Shown piece by piece: positions 40,407-50,879 of a DNA stretch of 64,000 nt. Numbering within the stretch: the stretch's first letter is position 1; every line of letters begins with the position of its first letter. The notes beneath the pieces are model-generated. The model ran no database searches and was not told the DNA's origin. It was given only the letters and a program-made list of their open reading frames with translations. This DNA is from an uncultured Prolixibacteraceae bacterium (GTDB lineage Bacteria > Bacteroidota > Bacteroidia > Bacteroidales > FEN-979): the NCBI GenBank assembly GCA_964642545.1, contig CAZXQU010000002.1, positions 27,321-91,320 on the forward strand, in the 5' to 3' direction. The position numbers and the translations under genes were made by a program.

Positions 40407-41478
40407 ACTTATATTCAGAGATCTCGATCTCGCCCCTGATCAAACGAAGGGCACTGGCGGCCATGGCCTGGATCTCATTGTCGCCGGGGAAGATGATAAC
40501 CTGCCCTAGACAGTCGACATGGTCGCGAATGTTCTTGACTACGAATTCGGAATGAGCCAGGTCGCCAGTTAGGAGGATTGCATCCACCTTGCCCTTCAGG
40601 GCAACAAACATTTCACCAATTGACTTTGACACCTGGTATGCCATCGCTTCAATGATAAGCCTCGCCTGTGTGTCACCATTATTGATCCTGTTTTCAATCT
40701 CAGTGATATCAGTGGTGCCGAGGTGGGCATTGATCCCCCCTTGGTGAGTAAGCAAAGCGAAAATTTCCTCCTTTGTTTTTTCCCCTTCGAAGCACATCTT
40801 CACAACATCACCGAGCGGAAGGCTACCGCAGCGGATCATTGAGAAGGGACCATCGCCCTCAAAACCCTGGTTAACATCGATTACCTTCCCTTTGCAGTGG
40901 GCACCAACGGTGGTCCCGTTACCCATATGGGCGACGATAAGGTTCATTTCATTGTAATTCTTCTTGAGGCTATCGGCGTAGATCTTGGCAACGGCTTTTT
41001 GATTGAGAGCATGGAATACTGACTTTCGCTCCAGTCCTGGAGCGCCGGTGATCCGGGCAATGTCCTGCATCTCATCCACGGTTGTTGGGTGGGCAATCAG
41101 CGCATGGGCTCCCTCCATTTCAGCAGCCACTGCATCTGCCACCAGTCCGCCTATATTGATGATATCAATGCCGATTGGACTGTTCATCAGATCGTAACGT
41201 AGCGATTCATTGACTTCGTAAATCCCGGAATGCACCGGTTTGATTAATCCGCCTCGTGCGATGACAATTTTTACAGTACTATAGTCGAAATTGTTATTCT
41301 GCAACTCTTTGAAAACTACATCACGCCTGAATTCGACCTGATCGTAAACGGTTTTAAACTGGCTGAGTTCTTTCGCAGAGTGTCTTCTGTTGTTGATATA
41401 AAGCAACTGAAAATTTTCAAAAACAGCTATCTGTGTTACCTTGTCCTTCGGATTGACAACCAAAATATTGAAGGTCAT
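40405..41478 (-). CDS. buk: Butyrate kinase-like protein with divergent nucleotide-binding motifs
   Basis: ARGGLIKP, FHALNQKAVA, VGAH and AMAYQVSKSIG retained; the NPGSTSTK motif reads NPKDKVTQ. Confidence 0.8.
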   Translation of the reverse strand: MTFNILVVNPKDKVTQIAVFENFQLLYINNRRHSAKELSQFKTVYDQVEFRRDVVFKELQNNNFDYSTVKIVIARGGLIKPVHSGIYEVNESLRYDLMNSPIGIDIINIGGLVADAVAAEMEGAHALIAHPTTVDEMQDIARITGAPGLERKSVFHALNQKAVAKIYADSLKKNYNEMNLIVAHMGNGTTVGAHCKGKVIDVNQGFEGDGPFSMIRCGSLPLGDVVKMCFEGEKTKEEIFALLTHQGGINAHLGTTDITEIENRINNGDTQARLIIEAMAYQVSKSIGEMFVALKGKVDAILLTGDLAHSEFVVKNIRDHVDCLGQVIIFPGDNEIQAMAASALRLIRGEIEISEYK

Positions 41479-41496
41479 AATTCCATGTTTTAAGGG

Positions 41497-44400
41497 TTAC
41501 ATACTTCTTCTGTACTGTCCGCCCACATCAAATAATGCGTGTGTGATCTGACCGATGGAGCAGATTTTAGAGGCTTCCATCAAACTCTCAAAGATATTTA
41601 AATTCTGAGTGGTTCTGTGTTGCAAATCCTGCAATGCAACTGCCGATTCCTTTTCCCATGTCTTATGAAGTTGCTTCAGCATATCGATCTGATACTGCTT
41701 CTCCTCTTCTGTTGACCGGATAACCTCTCCAGGTAATACAGTCGGAGACCCTTTGCTGGAAAGAAAGGTGTTTACACCCATGATCGGCAGCTTTCCCGAA
41801 TTTTTCATCATCTCGTAATAGAGAGACTCTTCCTGGATCTTACTGCGCTGGTACATGGTCTCCATGGCACCCAGCACACCGCCTCTTTCCGATATCCTTT
41901 CAAATTCAAGCATCACTGCCTCTTCAACCAGCTCTGTCAGCTCTTCAATAATAAATGATCCCTGAAGAGTGTTCTGGTTTTTTGCCAGGCCAAGTTCGTG
42001 GTTGATAATCATCTGGATAGCCATTGCCCGGCGTACCGATTCTTCGGTAGGTGTGGTGATAGCCTCATCATACGCATTGGTATGCAACGAGTTGCAATTG
42101 TCATAAATAGCATACAATGCTTGCAGAGTTGTCCGGATGTCGTTGAAGTCGATCTCCTGGGCATGCAGTGATCTCCCGGATGTCTGAATATGATATTTCA
42201 GCATCTGTGAACGAGCGTTTGCTTTGTAGCGGTATTTCATCGCCTTGGCCCAGATAAGTCGGGCCACTCTTCCGATCACTGAATATTCGGGATCAAGCCC
42301 GTTAGAGAAGAAGAAAGAGAGGTTTGGGGCAAACTTATTTACATCCATCCCCCGCGAAGCGTAATATTCCACATAGGTAAACCCATTGGAGAGGGTGAGC
42401 GCCAACTGCGTGATCGGGTTCGCTCCCGCCTCGGCAATGTGGTATCCGGAAATGGAGACAGAATAGAAATTCCTGACGTTTGTATAAATGAAGTAATCCT
42501 GAATATCCCCCATCATCTTCAGGGCAAAATCGGTGGAGAAGATGCAGGTGTTTTGTGCCTGATCCTCTTTCAGGATATCAGCCTGTATGGTTCCCCGTAC
42601 CTGCGACAAAGTCTCCTGCTTAATTTTCGCATACACCTCCTGTGGCAACACCATGTCGCCCGTCACGCCCAGTAGCAACAAACCAAGTCCGTTATTCCCC
42701 TTTGGCAATTTTCCCTGGTAGGAAGGACGTTTTGTTCCTTTCTTCCGGTAGATTGCCTGGATCTTTTTCGCGACCTCCTCTTCCAGGCCATGTTCGAGGA
42801 TATATTTCTCACATTGCTGATCGATGGCGGTATTCATGAAATATCCAACCATCGTGGGTGCCGGCCCATTGATCGTCATGGAAACCGAAGTGTTTGGATC
42901 AAGCAGATCGAGCCCGGAATAAAGTTTTTTAGAGTCGTCTAAACAGGCAATAGAGACGCCTGAGTTGCCGATTTTCCCATAAATATCAGGCCGCATGCCA
43001 GGGTCAAATCCATAGAGTGTGACAGAGTCGTAAGCTGTAGAGAGGCGAATAAAAGGCATCCCGTGTGAGACGTAATGGAACCGTTTGTTGGTCCGCTCAG
43101 GCCCACCTTCTCCGGCAAACATCCGGGTGGGGTCTTCGCTGGTCCGTTTAAAGGGAAAGACACCTGCAGCATACGGAAATTCGCCTGGCACATTCTCGCG
43201 AAGATTCCAATTCAGAATATCTCCCCATCCTTTGTATTTTGGAAGGGAGATCTTGGGAATCCGGAGGTGGGAGAGCGACTCGGTATGGGTCTCCACTTTG
43301 ATCTCCTTGTCGCGTACTTTGTATACAAATGTCTCTTCCTGTAAACTCCGGATTTTCCCGGGCCAGTTCTTTAGAATTTGCTGGTTGGCAGGATCAAGGT
43401 CTTTCTTTGTTTGCTCGTAAATTTTCTCAAGTTCAGTGATAGCTGCCTGTTGCCTTACTGAATTTTCCGGAGACGGCAGGGTCTCAGGATTTCGGAATGT
43501 CTCCAGTGTTTCGTGGATAGCATAGAGCCGCTGAGCAACCTTGGCCTGTTCCTGCGACCATTGGTTATATCCCCTGACTGCCTCAGCGATTTCTGCCATG
43601 TAGCGGGTTCGGGAGGGAGGAATAATAAATATTTTCTCCTCCATCTCATCTTTCCCGATAAAATGGCTTGGGAATGATACGCCTGTCTTCTCTTTGATCG
43701 CTGAGATGATTGCCTGGTATAGTTTGTTTACTCCGGGGTCGTTGAACTGGGAGGCAACGGTTCCGTATACCGGCATCAAGTCAAGGTCGTCGTGGAAACG
43801 GTTGTGGTTCCTTTGGTATTGTTTTTTCACATCCCGTAAGGCATCCAGCGCTCCCCGCTTGTCAAATTTGTTGATGGCGATCAGGTCGGCAAAGTCAAGC
43901 ATGTCGATCTTTTCGAGCTGACTGGCAGCCCCGAATTCGGGGGTCATCACATAGAGTGTCAGGTCGCTGTGGTCGACGATCTCGGTGTCGGACTGACCGA
44001 TCCCTGAAGTCTCCACGATGATCAGGTCAAAGCCGGCTGCTTTGGTGATCGTAATGGCATCCTTCACATATTTTGAGAGAGCCAGGTTGGACTGCCGGGT
44101 GGCAAGAGAACGCATATAAACCCGTGGGTCGCTGATAGCATTCATCCGGATCCGGTCGCCCAGCAATGCTCCTCCGGTCTTTCTCTTGGTAGGATCAACC
44201 GAAATAATCGCGATATTTTTATCGGGAAGGTCATTTATATAGCGCCTAACAATTTCATCTACCAGGCTCGATTTCCCTGAACCTCCGGTTCCTGTAATTC
44301 CTAGGATAGGAACCTTATTCTTTTTTGCTTTGGCTTCCAGCTTTTGCAAAAATGGACGAGCCCCTTCCGGATCATTTTCGGCCAGCGTAATCAGTCGCGA

Positions 44401-44898
44401 TATCAGGGACTGACCACTGGCCTGTATATCATCGAAATCAATTTTCTCCAGGTTGTTCAGTGGAAAATCACATCGTTCCAGCACATCGTTGATCATACCC
44501 TGCAGGCTCAACTCCCTGCCGTCATCCGGTGAGTAGATTCTGGTGATTCCGTATTCCTGAAGCTCTCTGATCTCTTCCGGAAGAATGACGCCACCTCCAC
44601 CTCCGAAGATCTTGATATGTCCGCATCCCGCTTCGTGCAGGAGATCGTACATGTACTTGAAAAACTCCATATGGCCTCCCTGGTAGGAGGTAATCGCCAC
44701 CGCATGTGCATCTTCCTGGATGGCACAATCGACGATCTCCTGCACGGAGCGGTTGTGTCCGAGATGAATCACCTCCGCCCCGCTTGCCTGCAAGATCCTG
44801 CGCATGATATTAATCGCTGCATCGTGGCCATCAAACAAGGATGCTGCCGTAACAATGCGAACGTGGTTGTTCGGTTTATACGGTTTGGGTATTTTCAT
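41497..44898 (-). CDS. icmF: Fused isobutyryl-CoA mutase / MeaI GTPase (B12-dependent)
   Basis: N-terminal FDGHD cobalamin-binding motif, GTGGSGKSS GTPase, mutase RMFAGEG...[11 protein letters not shown]; 1133 aa. Confidence 0.93.
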   Translation of the reverse strand: MKIPKPYKPNNHVRIVTAASLFDGHDAAINIMRRILQASGAEVIHLGHNRSVQEIVDCAIQEDAHAVAITSYQGGHMEFFKYMYDLLHEAGCGHIKIFGGGGGVILPEEIRELQEYGITRIYSPDDGRELSLQGMINDVLERCDFPLNNLEKIDFDDIQASGQSLISRLITLAENDPEGARPFLQKLEAKAKKNKVPILGITGTGGSGKSSLVDEIVRRYINDLPDKNIAIISVDPTKRKTGGALLGDRIRMNAISDPRVYMRSLATRQSNLALSKYVKDAITITKAAGFDLIIVETSGIGQSDTEIVDHSDLTLYVMTPEFGAASQLEKIDMLDFADLIAINKFDKRGALDALRDVKKQYQRNHNRFHDDLDLMPVYGTVASQFNDPGVNKLYQAIISAIKEKTGVSFPSHFIGKDEMEEKIFIIPPSRTRYMAEIAEAVRGYNQWSQEQAKVAQRLYAIHETLETFRNPETLPSPENSVRQQAAITELEKIYEQTKKDLDPANQQILKNWPGKIRSLQEETFVYKVRDKEIKVETHTESLSHLRIPKISLPKYKGWGDILNWNLRENVPGEFPYAAGVFPFKRTSEDPTRMFAGEGGPERTNKRFHYVSHGMPFIRLSTAYDSVTLYGFDPGMRPDIYGKIGNSGVSIACLDDSKKLYSGLDLLDPNTSVSMTINGPAPTMVGYFMNTAIDQQCEKYILEHGLEEEVAKKIQAIYRKKGTKRPSYQGKLPKGNNGLGLLLLGVTGDMVLPQEVYAKIKQETLSQVRGTIQADILKEDQAQNTCIFSTDFALKMMGDIQDYFIYTNVRNFYSVSISGYHIAEAGANPITQLALTLSNGFTYVEYYASRGMDVNKFAPNLSFFFSNGLDPEYSVIGRVARLIWAKAMKYRYKANARSQMLKYHIQTSGRSLHAQEIDFNDIRTTLQALYAIYDNCNSLHTNAYDEAITTPTEESVRRAMAIQMIINHELGLAKNQNTLQGSFIIEELTELVEEAVMLEFERISERGGVLGAMETMYQRSKIQEESLYYEMMKNSGKLPIMGVNTFLSSKGSPTVLPGEVIRSTEEEKQYQIDMLKQLHKTWEKESAVALQDLQHRTTQNLNIFESLMEASKICSIGQITHALFDVGGQYRRSM

Positions 44899-44912
44899 TG
44901 AATCAGCGAAAC

Positions 44913-46055
44913 TTAATCGTTCATGATAGCCCGTGAGATGATAATCTGCTGTATCTCACTGGTTCCTTCGTAGATCTGTGTCAGTTTGGCTTCACGCATG
45001 AGGCGTTCAACGTGATATTCCTTTACATAACCGTATCCTCCAAGAATCTGAACTGCTTCAGTGGTAACATACATGGCGGTTTCGGCTGCCCAGTATTTTG
45101 CCATGGCACTTGCAGTTCCATAAGGCTGTTTCTGGTCTTTTAACCAGGCCGCTTTCAACGTAAAATATCGAGCAGCTTCAATCCGGGTATGCATCTCCGC
45201 CAATTTAAACCCAATAGCCTGGTGATTGATGATTTCCGTGCCAAAAGCTTTCCGCTCCTTCGCATATTGAAGGGCACGTTCATAGGCTCCCTGAGCTATT
45301 CCCAACGCCTGAGAAGCAATTCCGATTCTACCTCCTTCAAGAGTTTTCATGGCCGCTTTGAAGCCAAAGCCATCCTCGCCAATCCGGTTCTCCTTCGGAA
45401 CTTTCACATCATTAAACATGACTGAATGGGTATCAGAACTTCTCATGCCCATCTTATCTTCATGCGGACCAAGTGTGATGCCTGGAGTATCCTTCTCAAC
45501 AATCAGCGCATTGATGCCTTTATGCTTTTTCTCGGGATGTGTTTGTGCTATCAAAATATAGGTCGAAGCGCAATTTGCATTGGTGATCCAATTTTTTGTT
45601 CCGTTCACCAAATAGTGATCTCCCATATCAATGGCCGTAGTACGCTGGGAAGTTGCATCAGACCCTGCATCCGGCTCAGATAGTAAAAATGCACCCAACT
45701 TTTCACCCCGGGCAAGTGGTTTGAGGTACTTCTCCTTTTGTGCTTCATTTCCAAACTCTTCAAGTTCATAGCAAACCAGCGAGTTATTCACGGAAACGAT
45801 GACAGATGTTGAGGAGTCGACTTTCGATAACTCCTCCATGGCGAGGACGTAGGAGATGGTGTCCATCCCTCCTCCGTCGTACTTGGGATCTACGGTCATG
45901 CCCATGAAGCCAAGTTCGGTTAGTGCTTTAACGTGCTGGGTAGGGAATTCGCAAGTTGCATCGCGTTCCAAAACGTCTTTGATCAGCTCCCGCTGGGCAT
46001 AGTCCCTGGCAGCCTGCTGGATCATCTTTTGCTCTTCAGTAAATTCAAAATTCAT
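44913..46055 (-). CDS. Short/branched-chain acyl-CoA dehydrogenase
   Basis: [25 protein letters not shown] and [10 protein letters not shown]. Confidence 0.93.
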   Translation of the reverse strand: MNFEFTEEQKMIQQAARDYAQRELIKDVLERDATCEFPTQHVKALTELGFMGMTVDPKYDGGGMDTISYVLAMEELSKVDSSTSVIVSVNNSLVCYELEEFGNEAQKEKYLKPLARGEKLGAFLLSEPDAGSDATSQRTTAIDMGDHYLVNGTKNWITNANCASTYILIAQTHPEKKHKGINALIVEKDTPGITLGPHEDKMGMRSSDTHSVMFNDVKVPKENRIGEDGFGFKAAMKTLEGGRIGIASQALGIAQGAYERALQYAKERKAFGTEIINHQAIGFKLAEMHTRIEAARYFTLKAAWLKDQKQPYGTASAMAKYWAAETAMYVTTEAVQILGGYGYVKEYHVERLMREAKLTQIYEGTSEIQQIIISRAIMND

Positions 46056-46136
46056 TGGATCAGAAATTTAAAATTAGTGTCTTTCAAAAATACATGTTTT
46101 CTTCGAACAAAAAAAGATGCAAGAAGAATATTCAAC

Positions 46137-46167
46137 AAAAGAAAAAACCCGCCAGAGGCGGGCTTTT
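46137..46167 (-). terminator. Intrinsic terminator downstream of the Pat-like gene
   Basis: On -: CCCGCC-TCT-GGCGGG hairpin followed by TTTTTTCTTTT. Confidence 0.8.
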
Positions 46168-46189
46168 CTACCTCGGCTAACCGAAGTAT

Positions 46190-48886
46190 TCATGAAAGAA
46201 ATTTCTCGACTTCTACAAGATCGTCATTCTCCCCCTTTTTTATCTTGAATTGGCGACTTCTGAAAACAGAGATCATTCGGGTATTATCAGCCGTGGTTTG
46301 TGCATATATTCGGGTTAGATTCCACTTGCCTGCTATATCCAAACAATAATCTGTGATAATGTTTCCCAAATCCCTGTTCTGCCATGCATCAATGATGAGA
46401 ATGGCATATTCGACAGCTTCATGGTCCGGATCTGCAATCAATCGGCCAACACCAACGAGTTTCCTTTCCTCACCTTCCCGAGTTTCTGCAACAATCGCCA
46501 ATTCCCGATCGTAATCAATATAACAATATCGTGTAGCTACATCGTGTGTTTCCCAATGAAAAAAATATCTGAATCTGGAGTAAAGGGCCTCTTTAGAACA
46601 ATTTCCAAGCATCTCAAGCCATAGCGGTTCATCCTCTGGTTTAATCGGTCGTAAGAGAAGATCGGTTCCGTCCTGCAATTTTACATGTTTCACATATTTC
46701 TCAGGGTAGGGATGAAGTGCCAGATGATGATATTCAGGTAACGAAAGTGAAAGTATCGGTTCATCAATAACAATCCGCGCATCCACCGCTATCGCGCTTG
46801 TTTCTGTGATAATAAGCGGATTGATGTCAAGTTCTTTAATCTCCGGATAATCCGCAGCAAAATATGATAACCTAATCATCACATCTATCAGTTTATCAAT
46901 GTTCTTTGGTTTTGAACCTCTATATCCTTCCAGGAGGGGAAATATTTTCAACGACTCTAGCATATGCCTTGTAAGAGCCTCATTTAGTGGAGGGAGCCCA
47001 AGAACTTTATCCCCGAAAAGTTCTGCATATATGCCCCCCATCCCAACCATAATGATTGTTCCGAAAACCTTGTCTTTTTTGATTCCCAAAATCAATTCAA
47101 CCGCCCCTTTCTGATCAATCATCGGTTGTATCGTGACTCCATCAACAATGGCATCAGGTAATTTTTCCTTCGCCGATGATATGATTTGCAGAAATCCTTC
47201 TCTGACCATCTGTTCATTCTGTACATTGAGCAAAACTCCTCCAACGTCAGATTTATGCGTAATTTGTTCAGAAATAATCTTTAACACAACAGGAAAGCCA
47301 ATTTGTCTGGCAATACTAGCAGCTTCGTCGGGATTTAAAGCAACGATAGGTTCTGTTGTACTAATCCCGTATGTTCCAATAATTTGTTTGCTTAATCTCT
47401 CTGAAAGAACAGGCCCTTGGTCTTTGATTGTCTCTAAAAACCTGCTATGCAACTCTTCTCTGTTGATAGAAAATTCTACAGGGACATCCCTGGGTGTTTC
47501 ATAAAGTGTTTTAAGGTTTCTTGAATAGGCAACCAGGATCATGAAAGCACGAATGGCCTCTTCGGGTGTGGAAAAGGAAGGGATTCCCAGCTCTGTAAGA
47601 ATTTCAACTCCCTGGCGCATGATCTGTCCTCCAATCCATGCAGCCAAAATTGGTTTCTTTGAATAAGCAGTCAGGGAACCTATTTCCTTTGCGATAGCAA
47701 TAGGGTTAGTCATTGCCTGAGGTGTCATGATAACCAGGACAGCATCTACGTTAGGATCTTCGAGTACACATTTTGTTGCTTTGGAGACCCGTTTTGACCT
47801 GGCATCCCCAAGTACATCCACAGGGTTAGCATGCGACCAGAATGCGGGTAGACATTCATTCAACTTTGCAATGGTTTCTGCTGATAATACAGCCAACTCT
47901 CCATTTAGCGAGATCAGGGCATCTGTAGCCATCACTCCAGGACCTCCTGCATTGGTAACGATTCCCAATCGCGATCCATGAGGGAATTTACTTCTTCCAA
48001 GCAACTCGGCTACATTGAAAATATCTCCGATCTCATATACACGTGCCAATCCTGCTCGTTGAAATGCGGCATCATACACTGCATCTTCCGAAGCCATGGC
48101 CCCAGTATGGGAAGCGGCAACCTGGGCCGACTCGGGATAACGGCCTGCCTTAAAAACAATGATTGGTTTTGTTCTTGCAAAAGCCCGTGCAGCTGTCATG
48201 AATTTGCGGGACTCAACAATCGATTCTATATAAAGAATGATGCAATGAGTATTTTCATCTTCCCCGAAATAATCTATTAAATCTGCAAACTCAATATCAA
48301 GGGCATTCCCAATAGAGACAAAATAAGAAAAGCCGATTCTCCCCTCCAGCGCCCAGTCCAATACCGAGCTACACAGAGCGCCGGATTGGGAAATAAACGC
48401 AATGTTCCCGGATTTAGGTAAGGAGTGGGCAAAACTTGCATTCATTCTATGCTCGGGGACGATCACCCCCAGGCAATTCGGACCAAGTAGGCGCATTCCA
48501 TGATGCTTAGCGATTTCCTTACGGATCTCTTCTTCCAGCCTGCTACCCTCCGTCCCCGTCTCCTTAAAACCGGCCGACATGATGATCACTCCGTGGATCC
48601 CAGCTTCGCCGCATCGTTTAACATGTTGCGGGACATCCTCTGCAGCAGAGCATATAATAGCAAGATCGGGAACCCTTGGCAAACTCAAAACATCAGGGTA
48701 GCAGGCAATCCCCATAATGGCTTCAAAATCCGGATTCACCGGATAGACAACTCCCCGATATCCTCCCCCTACCAGGTTGATTAAAACTTTCCCGCTTACA
48801 CTGTTTGGATTTGAACTAATCCCGATCAGTGCAATCCGTTCAGGATGAAATATGGAATCTAACCTGTGAACATCCATCATTGACAA
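46190..48886 (-). CDS. NDP-forming acyl-CoA synthetase-like / GNAT fusion (Pat/Pka-type protein lysine acetyltransferase)
   Basis: GPNCLG, SQSGA, SHTGA, NAGGPGV, ATP-grasp HKSDVGGV and ELDINPL; C-terminal GNAT RPIKPED...IDYDRE. Confidence 0.88.
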   Translation of the reverse strand: MSMMDVHRLDSIFHPERIALIGISSNPNSVSGKVLINLVGGGYRGVVYPVNPDFEAIMGIACYPDVLSLPRVPDLAIICSAAEDVPQHVKRCGEAGIHGVIIMSAGFKETGTEGSRLEEEIRKEIAKHHGMRLLGPNCLGVIVPEHRMNASFAHSLPKSGNIAFISQSGALCSSVLDWALEGRIGFSYFVSIGNALDIEFADLIDYFGEDENTHCIILYIESIVESRKFMTAARAFARTKPIIVFKAGRYPESAQVAASHTGAMASEDAVYDAAFQRAGLARVYEIGDIFNVAELLGRSKFPHGSRLGIVTNAGGPGVMATDALISLNGELAVLSAETIAKLNECLPAFWSHANPVDVLGDARSKRVSKATKCVLEDPNVDAVLVIMTPQAMTNPIAIAKEIGSLTAYSKKPILAAWIGGQIMRQGVEILTELGIPSFSTPEEAIRAFMILVAYSRNLKTLYETPRDVPVEFSINREELHSRFLETIKDQGPVLSERLSKQIIGTYGISTTEPIVALNPDEAASIARQIGFPVVLKIISEQITHKSDVGGVLLNVQNEQMVREGFLQIISSAKEKLPDAIVDGVTIQPMIDQKGAVELILGIKKDKVFGTIIMVGMGGIYAELFGDKVLGLPPLNEALTRHMLESLKIFPLLEGYRGSKPKNIDKLIDVMIRLSYFAADYPEIKELDINPLIITETSAIAVDARIVIDEPILSLSLPEYHHLALHPYPEKYVKHVKLQDGTDLLLRPIKPEDEPLWLEMLGNCSKEALYSRFRYFFHWETHDVATRYCYIDYDRELAIVAETREGEERKLVGVGRLIADPDHEAVEYAILIIDAWQNRDLGNIITDYCLDIAGKWNLTRIYAQTTADNTRMISVFRSRQFKIKKGENDDLVEVEKFLS

Positions 48887-48966
48887 AGGATATAAAGGTT
48901 GTAAAGGTAAAGATTTTAGGAGGGTTTTAAGAATTTTCTTATTATTGCCTGTTAATTAATAAACAG

Positions 48967-50292
48967 ATGGCTATGAAAAAACTTCTACTGACACTATTTG
49001 TCGCCTCATCAATGATTCCATCACTGTTTGCACAAACAGACGGCGAAAAAAAACCTGCATTTGGAATCAACTTTTCGGGATTTGTTAAAACAGATATATT
49101 TTTTGACTCCCGCCAGGTTGTTACAGCCCGTGAGGGTCATTTCCTGCTTTACCCCGAAAATGAAAAGCTGGATGCCGACGGGAATGATATCAATGCCAAG
49201 TGGAATTCCAACATCCTCGCAATTCAGACCCGGCTGGCAGGTTCAATCTGGGGGCCTGATGTACTCGGTGCCAAAACCTCTGCCTATATTGAAGGTGAAT
49301 TTTTTGGAAATATCAACCCGAATATCAACACCTTCCGACTCCGACATGCTTTCATTAAATTAAATTGGAAATCAACAGAACTTCTGACCGGACAAACGTG
49401 GCATCCGATGTTTTCTACTGACTGCTTCCCCGGTACTGTTTCATTCAACACGGGGGCGCCATTCGTCGTCTTCTCACGAAACCCGCAAATCAGGGTTACT
49501 CAGAAAGTCTGGAAGCTTCAATTCCAACTAGCAGCTCTCTCTCAGGTCGATTTTACCAGTACTGGTCCGGACGGTCCAAGCCCGAAATATTTGAGAAATT
49601 CTGTATTACCTGAACTTGATTTCCAAATCCAATACAAGACAGCCAATAAAGAAACCGGAACAGAATTTGTTGTTGGCGCCGGAATCGATTTCCTGATGCT
49701 GACACCAAGATTATCTACTTCGGTTACACTATCACTTGCTTATGACACCGTGATAAATGGGATCGTTAATCATGTGAATGCGGTTACCAAGGAGTATAAA
49801 ACCACTACGAAAAAAACCAGCTTCGCTTACAATTTCTACACAAAATTAAAACTGCGTCCTGTTACAATAAAACTGGCAGCTCAATATGGTGCTGACAATT
49901 ACTCATTTACAATGTTAGGGGGCTATGTTGTCAGAAGCATTACCGATATTTCCAAAGGATATGTTGATTACGCAAACGTCCGTTCATGCGCAGTTTGGGG
50001 TGAGGTGCACACAAACGGAAAACACTGGCAAACAGGTGTGTTTGGGGCTTATGCAAAAAACCTCGGTGTGGGTGAAAAAGTACTTCCGATTTACTATTCG
50101 AGAGGATCGAACATCGATTACATCTGGCGTATTTCACCCAGGTTGGTTTACAGTATTCAAAAATTCAGGGTAGCACTGGAACTGGAATATACTGTAGCAG
50201 GATATGGAACAACAACTCTACAAGGTTATGTCTCCGATCCTAAAGCAGTTGGAAATCTGAGGACGCTGCTGGCGTTCTTTTACTTCTTTTAA
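48967..50292 (+). CDS. Outer membrane beta-barrel protein (DcaP-like porin)
   Basis: Signal peptide; SGFVKTD, YIEGEF, RLRHAF, GQTW and RNPQIR; C-terminal Phe. Confidence 0.75.
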   Translation: MAMKKLLLTLFVASSMIPSLFAQTDGEKKPAFGINFSGFVKTDIFFDSRQVVTAREGHFLLYPENEKLDADGNDINAKWNSNILAIQTRLAGSIWGPDVLGAKTSAYIEGEFFGNINPNINTFRLRHAFIKLNWKSTELLTGQTWHPMFSTDCFPGTVSFNTGAPFVVFSRNPQIRVTQKVWKLQFQLAALSQVDFTSTGPDGPSPKYLRNSVLPELDFQIQYKTANKETGTEFVVGAGIDFLMLTPRLSTSVTLSLAYDTVINGIVNHVNAVTKEYKTTTKKTSFAYNFYTKLKLRPVTIKLAAQYGADNYSFTMLGGYVVRSITDISKGYVDYANVRSCAVWGEVHTNGKHWQTGVFGAYAKNLGVGEKVLPIYYSRGSNIDYIWRISPRLVYSIQKFRVALELEYTVAGYGTTTLQGYVSDPKAVGNLRTLLAFFYFF

Positions 50293-50373
50293 CGATAGGG
50301 GATACGGGATATGCGACAAGATCAAAGGATCCCAGATTCCCTATCGCGGATCTCGTATCCCGGATCTCGTATC
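50293..50373. repeat. Imperfect inverted repeat of heptamer-like units between convergent genes
   Basis: GATAGGG GATACGG GATATGC on the left; TCGCGGA TCTCGTA TCCCGGA TCTCGTA TC on the right. Confidence 0.6.
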
Positions 50374-50873
50374 TATTTAGTATACTTTTTTGGATCTGTT
50401 GCTTTAACATTCCACATCCTCAGGAACGTCACTACTTTCGTCGTGTCATATCCCTTTTCCGTACAATGCTCCAGGATGCCCGAGTCCTGGATATGAATCT
50501 GCTTCCCGGTTCCGTCAAGAATTACAAATACTGGGAACCCAAACCGGTTGGGAAAACCATATTCCTCCAACAAAGCATAATCCCGTTCATCCTTTTTGCC
50601 GGGTACATTTGCCAATACATAGATGTAATCGGCTGTCACCAATGAATCGACCTGAGGAGATCCCTCCACCAACTTATGGAACCGGATGCACCAGGGGCAC
50701 CAGTTACCCCCGAACTGCACCAGTACATGCTTGTTCTCGGCTTGTGCAAGCATGACAGCGGCTTTCAGGTCAGCACGAACATTGGCATCCGGATTATACG
50801 GACCAGTCCGCTCCTGGGAAAAGGCATGAATCGTCATCCATGCCAAAACAACAACACCCATTAAACTTTTCAT
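50373..50873 (-). CDS. Exported thioredoxin-fold protein
   Basis: Signal peptide; GGNWCPWC; FGFPVFVILD. Confidence 0.85.
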   Translation of the reverse strand: MKSLMGVVVLAWMTIHAFSQERTGPYNPDANVRADLKAAVMLAQAENKHVLVQFGGNWCPWCIRFHKLVEGSPQVDSLVTADYIYVLANVPGKKDERDYALLEEYGFPNRFGFPVFVILDGTGKQIHIQDSGILEHCTEKGYDTTKVVTFLRMWNVKATDPKKYTK

Positions 50874-50879
50874 TTGTAA

